IMG/VR virus record: IMGVR_UViG_3300028654_000001
Location: 372,001-436,000 of that record
Direction: 5' to 3' (one strand)
Length of the DNA stretch: 64,000 nt
Below, piece after piece: positions 37,139-46,904 of the stretch; within the stretch, counting starts at the first letter, position 1, and each line of letters begins with the position of its first letter. The translations under genes were made by a program, and so were the position numbers. The notes beneath the pieces were generated by a model that was not told where the DNA came from, did no database searches, and saw only the letters and a list, made by a program, of their open reading frames with translations.

Positions 37139-37800
37139 CGGTTTAGGTACTTAACAGCCAAGTCTAACTTCGATTGATTTTTCTCTAACAACCCAAGCAA
37201 CAGATTGCACTGACGATGAAGCAAGCCACGAACACATTTACCACATGAAGATCCGGCTCGACCAGGACGCGGAGGGCAACATTGGTGGTCGTGATCAACC
37301 ACTACAGAATTAGCTTCCTTACCTCTAGGGAGCATGGGCTCACCACACAGGGCACACATACCCTTCTGTTGTTCCCACAAGGCATTGAAGTCAATATTAT
37401 ATTGATTACGTCTAAAGTTAATAGTTTGGTCTGGGTGGTTTGCCGCCCATTCCTTTGACCTCTCACTTTGACAATTCTTGCAAGTCCCGAATAACCCATC
37501 CTTATTCCTAGAGTCCTTGAGGAAGGATTCCTTGGGTAGAACTCGCTTACATCTCCTACAACGTTTAAGATTAGGATCTTCAACGATCAGAGACCCTGAC
37601 CGAGCAGCACTGATCTTAGACCCTATTTCAGATCTACGGTCATCAGTGGTATTATCCCATCTTAGTTGAATAACTTTAGCCTGATTTGTGCGTGACTCAT
37701 CATTCCAAGGCTTCCTTGGACCCTTGGAATGGCCTCTAAGAGCTTTCGAGATCTTGTCTCGACGCTCAAGTTCAGCTTCGGTTACTTTACAAGCAGGCAT
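37117..37800 (-). CDS. Endonuclease VII-domain (His-Me finger) homing endonuclease
   Basis: QQKGMCALCG..VDHDH..VRGLLHRQCN; NUMOD-like and CxxC N-terminal region. Confidence 0.85.
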   Translation of the reverse strand: MPACKVTEAELERRDKISKALRGHSKGPRKPWNDESRTNQAKVIQLRWDNTTDDRRSEIGSKISAARSGSLIVEDPNLKRCRRCKRVLPKESFLKDSRNKDGLFGTCKNCQSERSKEWAANHPDQTINFRRNQYNIDFNALWEQQKGMCALCGEPMLPRGKEANSVVVDHDHQCCPPRPGRAGSSCGKCVRGLLHRQCNLLLGLLEKNQSKLDLAVKYLNRWKESPT

Positions 37801-37813
37801 GTTAGTCAACTAA

Positions 37814-38914
37814 TTATGGAGCTAGGGGACGGCCGGTGGTGGACTTGCCAGTTTCAACTGCTTGACTCTGGTCATCCTTGAACAAGGACATGTAGGTGTT
37901 CTCGTCTGCATCCGTCTGAATGGGGGCCATGGGCGCATTGAACGTGTCCATGTAACTCTCATCAGAGTCCTTCTGCACAACCTTGCCCTCTTTCGCGAGG
38001 GTATGGACCTGACGCTTGAGTAAAGACTCTGGGCCCATCGAAGCCGCTTCGATCTCATCAGCAACCTTATCGATGCTGTTGACGAGGGCCTTGGCTACAA
38101 CAAATGGGATTCCCCACTTCTCGTGGTTATCTTGAATTGAGGAGGCCATGTGATCCAGACGACCTAGAACCTGGCTTGCTTCTTCCTTGGCGAATTTCAT
38201 GCTCATAACGGTACCCTCTGACTGGTTTGTTGAAGACTCTCGGATTGTGAGAAGGGGATCTGTTTCCTTTTCCCCGGCTAACTTGGCTAACAGCATATTA
38301 TAGAGGTCTGAGTTGATGGCTCCTCCGTACCTGCCGTCACCTACAGATCTGATAGCAAGATCAAGGGCCGCTCTAAACCTTGTGTCAGGGAGCATCCCTT
38401 CAATCTGCTTTGACAGAACCGATGACTGCATCCACTCACGAGCAGATGCTAGCAACAGTGAGAAGTCCTCACTTGTTAGATCACGAACCCTACCCTGCTG
38501 CCACTTGACATAGGGATCAAGGCCACCCTTATCCTGTGGGTAAGGTGTGATACCGTGATATATCGAGGTTCTGATTGATGCCAGGAGGGGGTCGTTCGAA
38601 GGCATAGACTTGTCCGTCTGCCAAACCTGCAAGGGATAAGAAGAATAGGGGGTAGATCCATAAGCCCTTAGAGCAGCTTGAATGAACTCTCGATAGAGGT
38701 TAGAAGAACCCCCAATCTCGCGAAAGTTCATGGATTTGTCCTTGTCTTTCTTGATATCCTTATCCTCATCGGTATCCGGATCTTTTTCAGCGTGGACTCG
38801 TTCCCGACGCCGATCCTTCCGAGGGGGCTTAATCTTAGGCAGTGGATGGACAAGGCGTTCTGTCTCCTCGTCTTCTCGCTGACTTAGATCTTTGGTGCCA
38901 AGCAAGTCCATCAA
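37814..38914 (-). CDS. Hypothetical head-module protein
   Basis: 366-aa ORF downstream of portal. Confidence 0.7.
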   Translation of the reverse strand: MMDLLGTKDLSQREDEETERLVHPLPKIKPPRKDRRRERVHAEKDPDTDEDKDIKKDKDKSMNFREIGGSSNLYREFIQAALRAYGSTPYSSYPLQVWQTDKSMPSNDPLLASIRTSIYHGITPYPQDKGGLDPYVKWQQGRVRDLTSEDFSLLLASAREWMQSSVLSKQIEGMLPDTRFRAALDLAIRSVGDGRYGGAINSDLYNMLLAKLAGEKETDPLLTIRESSTNQSEGTVMSMKFAKEEASQVLGRLDHMASSIQDNHEKWGIPFVVAKALVNSIDKVADEIEAASMGPESLLKRQVHTLAKEGKVVQKDSDESYMDTFNAPMAPIQTDADENTYMSLFKDDQSQAVETGKSTTGRPLAP

Positions 38915-38942
38915 TGATGTCCAAAGTTGAAAAGGACTATTG

Positions 38943-40766
38943 TTAACCGAACCGACCCTCTTCTTCTTGAGCGGGTTCCGGTTTGACCGCTAGCTTTAGG
39001 TACTCAGCAATCTTGGGCATTACATCAGTCTTCTCAGCGAGCATTCTACCGACTTCACTGTAGATCCCGCGAATCACTTCATTGAATATCGCGTCGTTAA
39101 CAGTAAAGGCGTCTCTTTCAAGCTTCTCCTTGATATCAGCCGAATCAAGGTTGAAGAGTTCAAGGATGGTCTCAATGGGTACAGACCCTTTCTGATACAG
39201 GTTGAAGAGGGCGTCAAAGGTGTCTTGTGAGTCACGAAGGGCGAGTCTGGTAAAGCTTAGTTTCGGGTATAGAACCACCTCGTTGCCCCAGTCATCGGTC
39301 TCTACGAAGCCCTTCCTACGGGCAACTGGTTTGAACAAGTAATTCTCAACATACTCCTGAATAACCTCACGAAATAACAGGTACCGAGTGTTGAGAACCT
39401 CGAGCTTGACTCGGTCACCGGCAAAGGTTGACTCACCATTAAGGAGAGACTCGGTTACTCCAAGACCGGCGAAGAGCTGCTTGTCCGTAATCTCATATTC
39501 ACCGGACAAATCTAGCAAACGATCTCTAGATCCGATCTCTTCCCAATGAACTTCGTAGTTAGTGACAATCGAGAAGTCTGGGTCCACTAAAGAAAGATCA
39601 ACTTGCTCACGAAGATCGTCGACATCAGGATCTGAAAGGCCCTCACCCCATACCAGACGCTTGGGGGTCATGGCTCGAGTAGCAATCAAGGTTTGCGCCT
39701 GACGTAGCTTCTCACGGTAGTAAAGAGTCCTTAGGCAACGGTCAAGGAGACTAGCTCCAAGATCCTCGCCGGCTCCGCGTCTCCCGGCCAAATGATAGCA
39801 AAAGGAACCCTCATCTGCGTCAGTCCCAAGAGGGATGAGCTTTCCCGCTTCCAAGTACTCACGGACCTCAGGTGGGATCTCCTCCACCATCTCTTGGGCA
39901 CGTTCGTCACCAGACTTGGCCTGACTGAATAGGGCGCGGTCCCGCTCACTTGGGATCAGCTCGATTCTAACCTTGTCTGTAAATGAAAATGTAGTGAGTT
40001 TTACCTGATCAATTGGCAGAATGATGAGTTTAGACCACCCCTGGTAATTTTTCTGATAGTAGGCTAGCTCACGTTCGTCACGATCTTCATGCTCTTCTAC
40101 ATTTTCGTCTTCGAACTCTGATCCAGAACCGTCTTCATTAAGGACAGCTCTTGGTATCTTTTCGATCTTGTAACCAATCTCAGGAGGGACCTCTACAACG
40201 GAATCCTCAGCAAAAAAGAAGACGTTCCCATCCAACCAGTAGTGGTGGGTACCCATAATCAGACGGTTAAACAGTGAAACCTTGTTACACATCCTTTCGA
40301 AGAAGTCTAGGATGTACCTACCGTAGTCATCGGCGTCCTTGAAACCCTTGGGAAAGGTTCTTGGCTTCGGTCTGGATAGGCGAACCTTGGAGAGCGGGAT
40401 CTCCGTATGGATGTCAATAGCCTGCCCAACAAGTGGGTCGGTATTGTAGAAGTGACGGTAGATCTCCCTCTTCTCACGAAGTGACTGAGGGAGTTCCAGG
40501 AAGTCTGTGGAGAGCTGTGGAGAAAAGAAGGCACTCGTACCAGAGAGAGCTGTGTTCGAACCAGCACCAAGAGGTGACGGGCCTCCGTAGGAACCTCCAC
40601 CCATAACATTAGAAGTCCTGATCCTACGAGCAAGACGCTCCTTCTCAGTGAGGTTAGAATAGCTACTGCCCTTAGAGATGTAGGGGTTAGATCTAGGGTA
40701 CTTGTTCTGTTCAGACCCAAAGTTGGATCCGAGACTAGTGAAGTTAGTAAAACGATCTGATGGCAT
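38943..40766 (-). CDS. Portal protein
   Basis: 607 aa between TerL and protease; YRHFYNTDPLV..AID..DGNVF..LDRCLR.L..E.LR motif series is typical of large-phage portals. Confidence 0.75.
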   Translation of the reverse strand: MPSDRFTNFTSLGSNFGSEQNKYPRSNPYISKGSSYSNLTEKERLARRIRTSNVMGGGSYGGPSPLGAGSNTALSGTSAFFSPQLSTDFLELPQSLREKREIYRHFYNTDPLVGQAIDIHTEIPLSKVRLSRPKPRTFPKGFKDADDYGRYILDFFERMCNKVSLFNRLIMGTHHYWLDGNVFFFAEDSVVEVPPEIGYKIEKIPRAVLNEDGSGSEFEDENVEEHEDRDERELAYYQKNYQGWSKLIILPIDQVKLTTFSFTDKVRIELIPSERDRALFSQAKSGDERAQEMVEEIPPEVREYLEAGKLIPLGTDADEGSFCYHLAGRRGAGEDLGASLLDRCLRTLYYREKLRQAQTLIATRAMTPKRLVWGEGLSDPDVDDLREQVDLSLVDPDFSIVTNYEVHWEEIGSRDRLLDLSGEYEITDKQLFAGLGVTESLLNGESTFAGDRVKLEVLNTRYLLFREVIQEYVENYLFKPVARRKGFVETDDWGNEVVLYPKLSFTRLALRDSQDTFDALFNLYQKGSVPIETILELFNLDSADIKEKLERDAFTVNDAIFNEVIRGIYSEVGRMLAEKTDVMPKIAEYLKLAVKPEPAQEEEGRFG

Positions 40767-41269
40767 TAGACCGGCTCCTCACCATACAGGTCATTGAGGT
40801 CAGAAGAGAGATCACCTTTAGGGATCAATTCACTGTCTATCAGGGCAGGGTCAGCCTCGGTCTTTGGCTTAACGACTCCGAACAATGCCTCTAAGGGATC
40901 AGCTCTTTCTTCTCGAGCTCGTTGCCTACGTTCTGAAGACTCTTTTTTCCTAGCACTCTCGCGAGCTCGTTGAGTTTTTTCCTCATTATCACGTTGGATG
41001 GCTAGTGTAAGCCTGCCTTCCATTGTAGTACTCCTACGAGAGGCTTGCATAACCATACCTGAAAAGCGTTTACCAACATTAGCTACTGAGAGGTAAGCGT
41101 AAACAGAGTCCCCATCTACGCTCTTCCTTACAATACTGTGTAAATGAGAGTAAACCGTGTGAAGTTTCTCAGCAGTGTCACTAATGGAGGTACGTAGAAA
41201 GTTAGCCTCTTCACAGAGCTCCGCCGGAGTCATTTGAGCAAGCGGCTTAGGATTCTGGTTAGGGGGCAT
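40766..41269 (-). CDS. Hypothetical helical protein
   Basis: 167-aa ORF translationally coupled to portal. Confidence 0.7.
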   Translation of the reverse strand: MPPNQNPKPLAQMTPAELCEEANFLRTSISDTAEKLHTVYSHLHSIVRKSVDGDSVYAYLSVANVGKRFSGMVMQASRRSTTMEGRLTLAIQRDNEEKTQRARESARKKESSERRQRAREERADPLEALFGVVKPKTEADPALIDSELIPKGDLSSDLNDLYGEEPV

Positions 41270-41272
41270 AGA

Positions 41273-41791
41273 TTACATTGAAGTTTGGACACCCAAATAG
41301 AAGTTGTTGAGGTCCTTCGGTATTTGAGCAACAAAACCAGTGAAGAATGCTGGAGCCATCGAGTCACCCGCGAGGGTCATTTCATCTTCTATAGTCCAAT
41401 AACCTCGTCTCGATAAGTAGAGTATCGCATTAGGAGTGTAGACTAGAGGAACAAGAGGTCCGCCGAAGGTTCTTGAGTTGTATGTATAGCGTTCGTAACT
41501 TATCGTGGACATAAGAGCCCCACCTGAGACCATAACCGCGTACTGGTATTCAGGTTGCTGCTTAGTCATCGCAGTTAGTTTGTCGGACGCTTCATCGGAA
41601 CCCCAGATCAGGAACCCGCCGTATAGACCTGAGGAATAGGTTACAATTCTCTCATTAATGTTTGAGTCAACCCACTGAACCCCTTGCCCACCAGTCCAAC
41701 CTGAGTTGACCATAGCCTGGGACACGACAACCGGTTGGGTGTCGCCCATAAAGAAGACTACACAGTCACGACTTCGAACAATCTCAGGCAT
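41273..41791 (-). CDS. Decoration-like protein, paralog 3 of 3
   Basis: RDC..GD..V.VS..GW.GGQGV.WVD..GFL.WGS.E.SD..YE.YTY..GPLVP..Y shared by three tandem genes. Confidence 0.75.
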   Translation of the reverse strand: MPEIVRSRDCVVFFMGDTQPVVVSQAMVNSGWTGGQGVQWVDSNINERIVTYSSGLYGGFLIWGSDEASDKLTAMTKQQPEYQYAVMVSGGALMSTISYERYTYNSRTFGGPLVPLVYTPNAILYLSRRGYWTIEDEMTLAGDSMAPAFFTGFVAQIPKDLNNFYLGVQTSM

Positions 41792-41796
41792 ATTAG

Positions 41797-42324
41797 TCAG
41801 ATTGAGGTTTGAATCACTAGGTATTCGTTGTTATCCGGGATAGGTGGTTGCACAACACTTCCGATGTAGTAACCGTTTGGAGCTCTAGGGTCACCAGAGG
41901 GTGTCCACTCATCTTCTATCGTCCACAGACCTCGAAGGGAGAATAAGACTCTCACCCCAGCCGTATAGTTGATGGGAACCAATGGCCCAACTTGACGGGA
42001 GGCATAAGTGTACTTCTCGTAGGTTCGAGTGGCGATCAGCCACCCACCAGCGCAGAAAGTTCCGAACCCGTACAGGGGTTGGTTCCCAGTCAATGAGTTA
42101 TACTGATCTGAGGACTCATTAGAACCCCAGAGCATGAACCCACCGTAGATCCCATCAGAGTAGTCAACGATAAACTCGTCAATATCCGAGTCTACCCAGC
42201 GAACCCCCTGGCCTCCTTGCCACCCATTCAGCATCATATTCTTAGAAACAGAGACCGTGTATGCATCGCCCTTAAATATGACGTAGCAATCTCGATCTCT
42301 AGGGAATTGCTGGATGAATGACAT
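41797..42324 (-). CDS. Decoration-like protein, paralog 2 of 3
   Basis: Same motif series as its neighbours. Confidence 0.75.
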   Translation of the reverse strand: MSFIQQFPRDRDCYVIFKGDAYTVSVSKNMMLNGWQGGQGVRWVDSDIDEFIVDYSDGIYGGFMLWGSNESSDQYNSLTGNQPLYGFGTFCAGGWLIATRTYEKYTYASRQVGPLVPINYTAGVRVLFSLRGLWTIEDEWTPSGDPRAPNGYYIGSVVQPPIPDNNEYLVIQTSI

Positions 42325-42860
42325 TAGATGGAAACCTGAATGCTCATGTAGTTGTTCGTATAGGAACTTGGGGCTTGGGAAACGAATCCGATGTAGTAGG
42401 TGTTCAACCCTCTCGCGACAAGGTCAGGTATCCCCGAGTCAACCCACTCCGTGATCTCTTTCGTCCAGAAGCCTCGTATTGAGAAAACGAGGCGGTCACT
42501 CGCGTGGTATACAAGAGGGACTAGGGGACCACCTGACATCCTGGATTGGAACGTGTACTTCTCGTAAGAGGTAGTCGAGATTTGCCAGCCACCGGCGCCG
42601 ACGGTCCCAAACCGATAGTAGGGTTGGTTCCGAGTCATGGCCGTGAACTGGTCTGAAGACTCATCCGATCCCCAGAGCATGAACCCAGCGTAGTACCCAT
42701 CAGAGAGGGTAACGAGAAACTCATCCGAGGTTGGGTTCACCCACTTAACGCCCTGACCCCCTGCCCACCCTTGGGTGGCCAGCACATCATCTACAGTGAT
42801 AGGATAAGCGTCACCCTTCATTAGAATTATGCAATCTCTGGATCTGGGCTGCTCAGGCAT
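42324..42860 (-). CDS. Decoration-like protein, paralog 1 of 3
   Basis: Same motif series; likely start is ATG at 42860, overlapping the TopIB stop (TAATG). Confidence 0.75.
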   Translation of the reverse strand: MPEQPRSRDCIILMKGDAYPITVDDVLATQGWAGGQGVKWVNPTSDEFLVTLSDGYYAGFMLWGSDESSDQFTAMTRNQPYYRFGTVGAGGWQISTTSYEKYTFQSRMSGGPLVPLVYHASDRLVFSIRGFWTKEITEWVDSGIPDLVARGLNTYYIGFVSQAPSSYTNNYMSIQVSI

Positions 42861-43906
42861 TAGAGGGTTTCCTGCTTCTGCTTCCGCCCTGGCATCTGCG
42901 CCCATGCTGTGACGATCTTTTGAAGAAGCTCATTATTCAAAATGTCCCCGTTCATGAACTTCTCCCAAGACCCACCACAGGCTCGGAACACAACCCTCAT
43001 TGACTTAAAGTCAATGTCTTCCGTAATAGTGTTCTCTCCGATCATGTGATCGATCAGTTGTCGAATGATTCGATTTGAGAATACTAGAGGGGGCTGTTGA
43101 TCTGGGTCTAATCCAGCTGCCTTCTCATTGAACTTTTCTATGACAGACCCGTCCTTCATGTAGGACTCTTCCAAAGCCGGGACCAAGTATTGGCTACGGA
43201 GAGTAGATGCTTCATGCCCTACTGCTTCGGCTGCTCCCTCAAGAGCCTCCTTGAACTCACCCTTGAGGATCTTGTCTCGCTCCTTACGGTCATGCGGTAG
43301 CTTTACCCCTTTAGAGCGAAGAGCCCTCAACCTCTCCTGCATCTCTCGATTAGCGTGGAGCCCTCGTAAGTCTTTAGCTGTGATGTTGAAGGAGGCTAAA
43401 TACTCATTTACCTCCTTCGAACTAACGTCGTCAAAGAGCCCCCCACTAGACTTCTCAACTGAATCGTAGGCTGCCTTCAATGCTGGAAGGATCTTAGGGT
43501 CATCAACAACCTTCTCGTGTTTGACTCCTGACTTTCCTGTGTATTTGATAGTAGCTTTTCCCTTACCAATAGAGACATGTTGCTTCTGCCACCCAGTAAC
43601 TCCGAAGTGACCCCTCTCCTCAGCGGACTCGTCATTTCCTACCCTCTCGTAGGTATGGTCAATCAATGCCACCACAAGAGCCGTCAACTTAGTCTTCTGG
43701 TTACTCGAACTTAGATCAGAGTTGACCTTCTTACGAAGACTGTCCAGAGACTTACGAAGCTTCTCGATTCGGTCAGCCTTCTGATTATTCCTACGGGATA
43801 CCTGTTGGTCTGAGTACTCATACACAACGGTTCCAGTGTCCAAGACCTTCTTGTTCTTGTACCGAGCCGCTACACGTAGAGAGATCTCATCCAAGGGGAA
43901 AATCAT
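42860..43906 (-). CDS. DNA topoisomerase IB (poxvirus/bacterial type) with C-terminal extra domain
   Basis: Catalytic pentad in order: ERVGN, GKSG, KDLR, VGH, SQY. Confidence 0.85.
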   Translation of the reverse strand: MIFPLDEISLRVAARYKNKKVLDTGTVVYEYSDQQVSRRNNQKADRIEKLRKSLDSLRKKVNSDLSSSNQKTKLTALVVALIDHTYERVGNDESAEERGHFGVTGWQKQHVSIGKGKATIKYTGKSGVKHEKVVDDPKILPALKAAYDSVEKSSGGLFDDVSSKEVNEYLASFNITAKDLRGLHANREMQERLRALRSKGVKLPHDRKERDKILKGEFKEALEGAAEAVGHEASTLRSQYLVPALEESYMKDGSVIEKFNEKAAGLDPDQQPPLVFSNRIIRQLIDHMIGENTITEDIDFKSMRVVFRACGGSWEKFMNGDILNNELLQKIVTAWAQMPGRKQKQETL

Positions 43907-45894
43907 TAGTATCTCCTGCCTAGTGCACGAGGTGCCATACGATCCCTGACTATCCCGTGACTCCGCATTCGAGACACATGATAGTGCTGTAGAGAGGAGG
44001 CAGTCTTTGGTTGTGACCCTGAATACCCACGAGCAACAACCTTAGTGTTAGCCAACTTCTCGAGTGACAACCAAATAGCTCGAACTAAAGCGTCTGAAAC
44101 GTCATCATGAGCCCCAGAAATCTTTGGACACTCAACGGTAACCTGACTCTTTGCAAACTGAGTAGCCTCGAGGGTCAGTAACTCAGTAATGAATGCCGAG
44201 TGCTTACCACTTGATCCGTCACTCTCTGGTAGAGGGAAGTCATACAGCTGCAGTCGATGATCTAGCATGGTAAGCTTTGCAGCCTGAAACATCCGACTCT
44301 TCTGGTCTCTGGTGAAAAACTCACTCTTGAATTGCTTCAACCCCTTTTTGTGCAGAGATTGCTCAAGAGGGAGTCCTTGCCAACGATCGAAAAGACCATC
44401 TGTGATGTAGAACTTCTTGCAGAGTTCAGCGATCCAGTTAGATATCTCGTCGAAGTCTAGTCGCTCAACCCCCTCAATGGTGCGAGCATACTGAAGAAGT
44501 GGGGTTTGTAGATGGGGGTTTGACTCCCTCCACGGAAGCCCGGCATACCAAACCTCATGATAATCCTGGATAACTGTACGCCCCTCTAAGTGAGTGATTA
44601 CGATAGCGGTACCGTCTTTCCCGGCAGTAACCCCCACGTCTATCCCCATCTGATGAGGGTACCTGGCTGGACCTGCTGTCCTTGGGCGACGAGCTAGGTC
44701 AACACACTCAAGGAGATCAGCTTCTCTTTCGATCCAACCACGAACACGGTCAGAGAACTCAGCTCCGTACTCTGTCATGAAGACCGTTGGATCCTCATGG
44801 TACTTTTGACGAAGAAAGTCAGGCTCAACCGTTGGATTCACTTCCCAGGTGGGTGCCTGAATAGCCAACATATTCTCGGATCCCTCAGCCCGAGACATAG
44901 CAAAATGGAATAACTCGTAGAACTTCCCACCTCTATTAAGGGGGGATGAGATTGAGATGATTCGACTCTCAACAGGACCAATTGGACGACTCTTGTTCTT
45001 TGGATCCTTCGGGGAGAAAGCTAAAGCTGAAGGAGTTACAGCGTCATAGATGTCCTTGGCTGATGAGATCCCTTTGTCCTGGAAGTGAGCCATCTCATCA
45101 AGGATGATCACAATATTACCAGAACCACGGAGACCCTTGGACACTGAAGCTTTGAAGGTAACTCTTATGCTAGCTTTACCATTGAACGACGTAAACTTAC
45201 CGTTTTCATGCCGAACTGTTGGACCATACTTCTCAATGTCATACGGGGTTCGGAATTGGACGTAACTCAAGGTGTTGTTAGCAATGTACGGCTTGAAAAA
45301 CTCACACTTTGTTAGGTGAGCTGTCACGTCATTAAATAGGAGGCCGGCCTGATCCTTGTCGGTAGCTACCGAGATGACTTGAATTCTGTTTCCGTTAGGG
45401 AGCCCGTAATACTTCTGAGGGTTACCTAGTTGAATCAGACGATACAACTCATAGCTAGCGAAGACTGCTGAGAGGGTTGTCTTACCAGACCTCCTACCGA
45501 TGGGTAGAATTAGCTGACGGCGCATGTGATCCTGCTCACCAATATTACAGCGACCCTCACTATACAGAAACTTCAGATATTCTACTTCAGTGAACTCGTA
45601 TAGAACCCTGGACTTGAACATATCAGTGACGAAGATGTCCCTGATCTTGTCATCCAAAGGCATATTGTAGTAGAGTTTTACAATGAATCTCTGGACAGGG
45701 TAAAGACCCATATCCAGACCCCAGCTGGCTTCAGCATATTGGAGTACGTTGAAGATCCTGACCTTGCGCCCGTCGAGAGCTTCCTCTACGATGTCACCAC
45801 AGCCGATGCTGTTCTCTGCAACTGATTGAGCTCTGAACCCTGAGCTCCTAATGAGGTCGGCTACTCCTCTCGACTTATTATCCTTAGAGGGCAT
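43906..45894 (-). CDS. terL: Terminase large subunit
   Basis: Walker A GRRSGKTT, Walker B ILDEMAHF, nuclease GIDVG..D and HDDVSDA. Confidence 0.92.
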   Translation of the reverse strand: MPSKDNKSRGVADLIRSSGFRAQSVAENSIGCGDIVEEALDGRKVRIFNVLQYAEASWGLDMGLYPVQRFIVKLYYNMPLDDKIRDIFVTDMFKSRVLYEFTEVEYLKFLYSEGRCNIGEQDHMRRQLILPIGRRSGKTTLSAVFASYELYRLIQLGNPQKYYGLPNGNRIQVISVATDKDQAGLLFNDVTAHLTKCEFFKPYIANNTLSYVQFRTPYDIEKYGPTVRHENGKFTSFNGKASIRVTFKASVSKGLRGSGNIVIILDEMAHFQDKGISSAKDIYDAVTPSALAFSPKDPKNKSRPIGPVESRIISISSPLNRGGKFYELFHFAMSRAEGSENMLAIQAPTWEVNPTVEPDFLRQKYHEDPTVFMTEYGAEFSDRVRGWIEREADLLECVDLARRPRTAGPARYPHQMGIDVGVTAGKDGTAIVITHLEGRTVIQDYHEVWYAGLPWRESNPHLQTPLLQYARTIEGVERLDFDEISNWIAELCKKFYITDGLFDRWQGLPLEQSLHKKGLKQFKSEFFTRDQKSRMFQAAKLTMLDHRLQLYDFPLPESDGSSGKHSAFITELLTLEATQFAKSQVTVECPKISGAHDDVSDALVRAIWLSLEKLANTKVVARGYSGSQPKTASSLQHYHVSRMRSHGIVRDRMAPRALGRRY

Positions 45895-45898
45895 ACCC

Positions 45899-46507
45899 TT
45901 ACCTCAAAACATTCTGGGCTTTGTCTTCCCAATCTTCCATTGCAGTGGAAAACTTGCTGAAGAATAAGTCCATGAACTCCGCTGGTAGCACCTCTTGAGC
46001 AACCTCCCGCATGACCTCAACCCAGAGAGCGAATATCTTCTGCATCTTCTCACTACCGAGGTTTATTGAGTCACGGTCAGCCTCCCTAATTTTTAACTCA
46101 ATTTTAGCGAGTCTTTCTAGGGCATCAATTCGACGAGAGGAGAGTTGTCCAGTATCCACCCCACGCTTCTCACTCTCGATTCGTTGAAAGTGAATAGCAG
46201 ACTGCTCTCGAGCAATATCAAGCTTAACCCTATGGAGCAGAGTCATAGTGTCACAGTTACCCTCGATGGCTCTCACCAAGGGATCAGTTTCTGTGAACCT
46301 CATCTTCTCTTCTGTCATCAACGCGTGATACTCAAGATCACTCGTTGTGGGCATCCGCTCAACCTTACGAGGTCGACCCGGACCACGCTTGACAACTAAG
46401 GCATTCTTTCCTGTATTAGGGGCAGCATGAACCGGAAGGATCGACATGGTCCCTTCAGCTCGAACCTTTTCTGGGATCTCTGTTACATCTGGTGCTTCAT
46501 CACTCAT
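45899..46507 (-). CDS. Putative terminase small subunit with AT-hook
   Basis: Directly upstream of terL; KRGPGRPRK AT-hook; helical; likely start is ATG at 46507. Confidence 0.55.
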   Translation of the reverse strand: MSDEAPDVTEIPEKVRAEGTMSILPVHAAPNTGKNALVVKRGPGRPRKVERMPTTSDLEYHALMTEEKMRFTETDPLVRAIEGNCDTMTLLHRVKLDIAREQSAIHFQRIESEKRGVDTGQLSSRRIDALERLAKIELKIREADRDSINLGSEKMQKIFALWVEVMREVAQEVLPAEFMDLFFSKFSTAMEDWEDKAQNVLR

Positions 46508-46511
46508 GGGG

Positions 46512-46904
46512 TTACCTATTGACAGACTTTGTTCCACCACCGCCGCCTGTCTCTATTAGGTATTGAGACAGGTTGCGAACTGTCGCGTAACCCTTGTCCT
46601 TTGGGATCTGGTTCTCGATTGCGTTACTAAGATCCTTGCCAGTCTCAGCTAAGTTGAGAACCCCGGTCTGGTCTGGCTTTGGGAAGAAAACATCTTTAGG
46701 ACGTAGGTCGCGACGATCTGGGTCGATAGTGTCTTCATGGTCAGAATTCATTTCCTGACCGTATTCCTTGAGGACTCCTCTACTAATCCCTTTCGGGTTG
46801 TTGAGAGGTTTGACAAGATCCTTCACGTCTTTCCGCATACCAGGAGGTTGATCCGCTTGAAGGAACCTGGCGGCCACACGAAGGGTTAGGATGTCGTCTC
46901 TCAC
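46512..46904 (-). CDS. Hypothetical protein with N-terminal RVAARF motif
   Basis: 130-aa ORF coupled to its neighbours. Confidence 0.7.
   Translation of the reverse strand: MRDDILTLRVAARFLQADQPPGMRKDVKDLVKPLNNPKGISRGVLKEYGQEMNSDHEDTIDPDRRDLRPKDVFFPKPDQTGVLNLAETGKDLSNAIENQIPKDKGYATVRNLSQYLIETGGGGGTKSVNR

Noticed and set aside
38943-45894. Inteins in TerL or portal, which are common insertion sites
   Set aside because: Both proteins are of normal length with contiguous motifs and no intein signatures.
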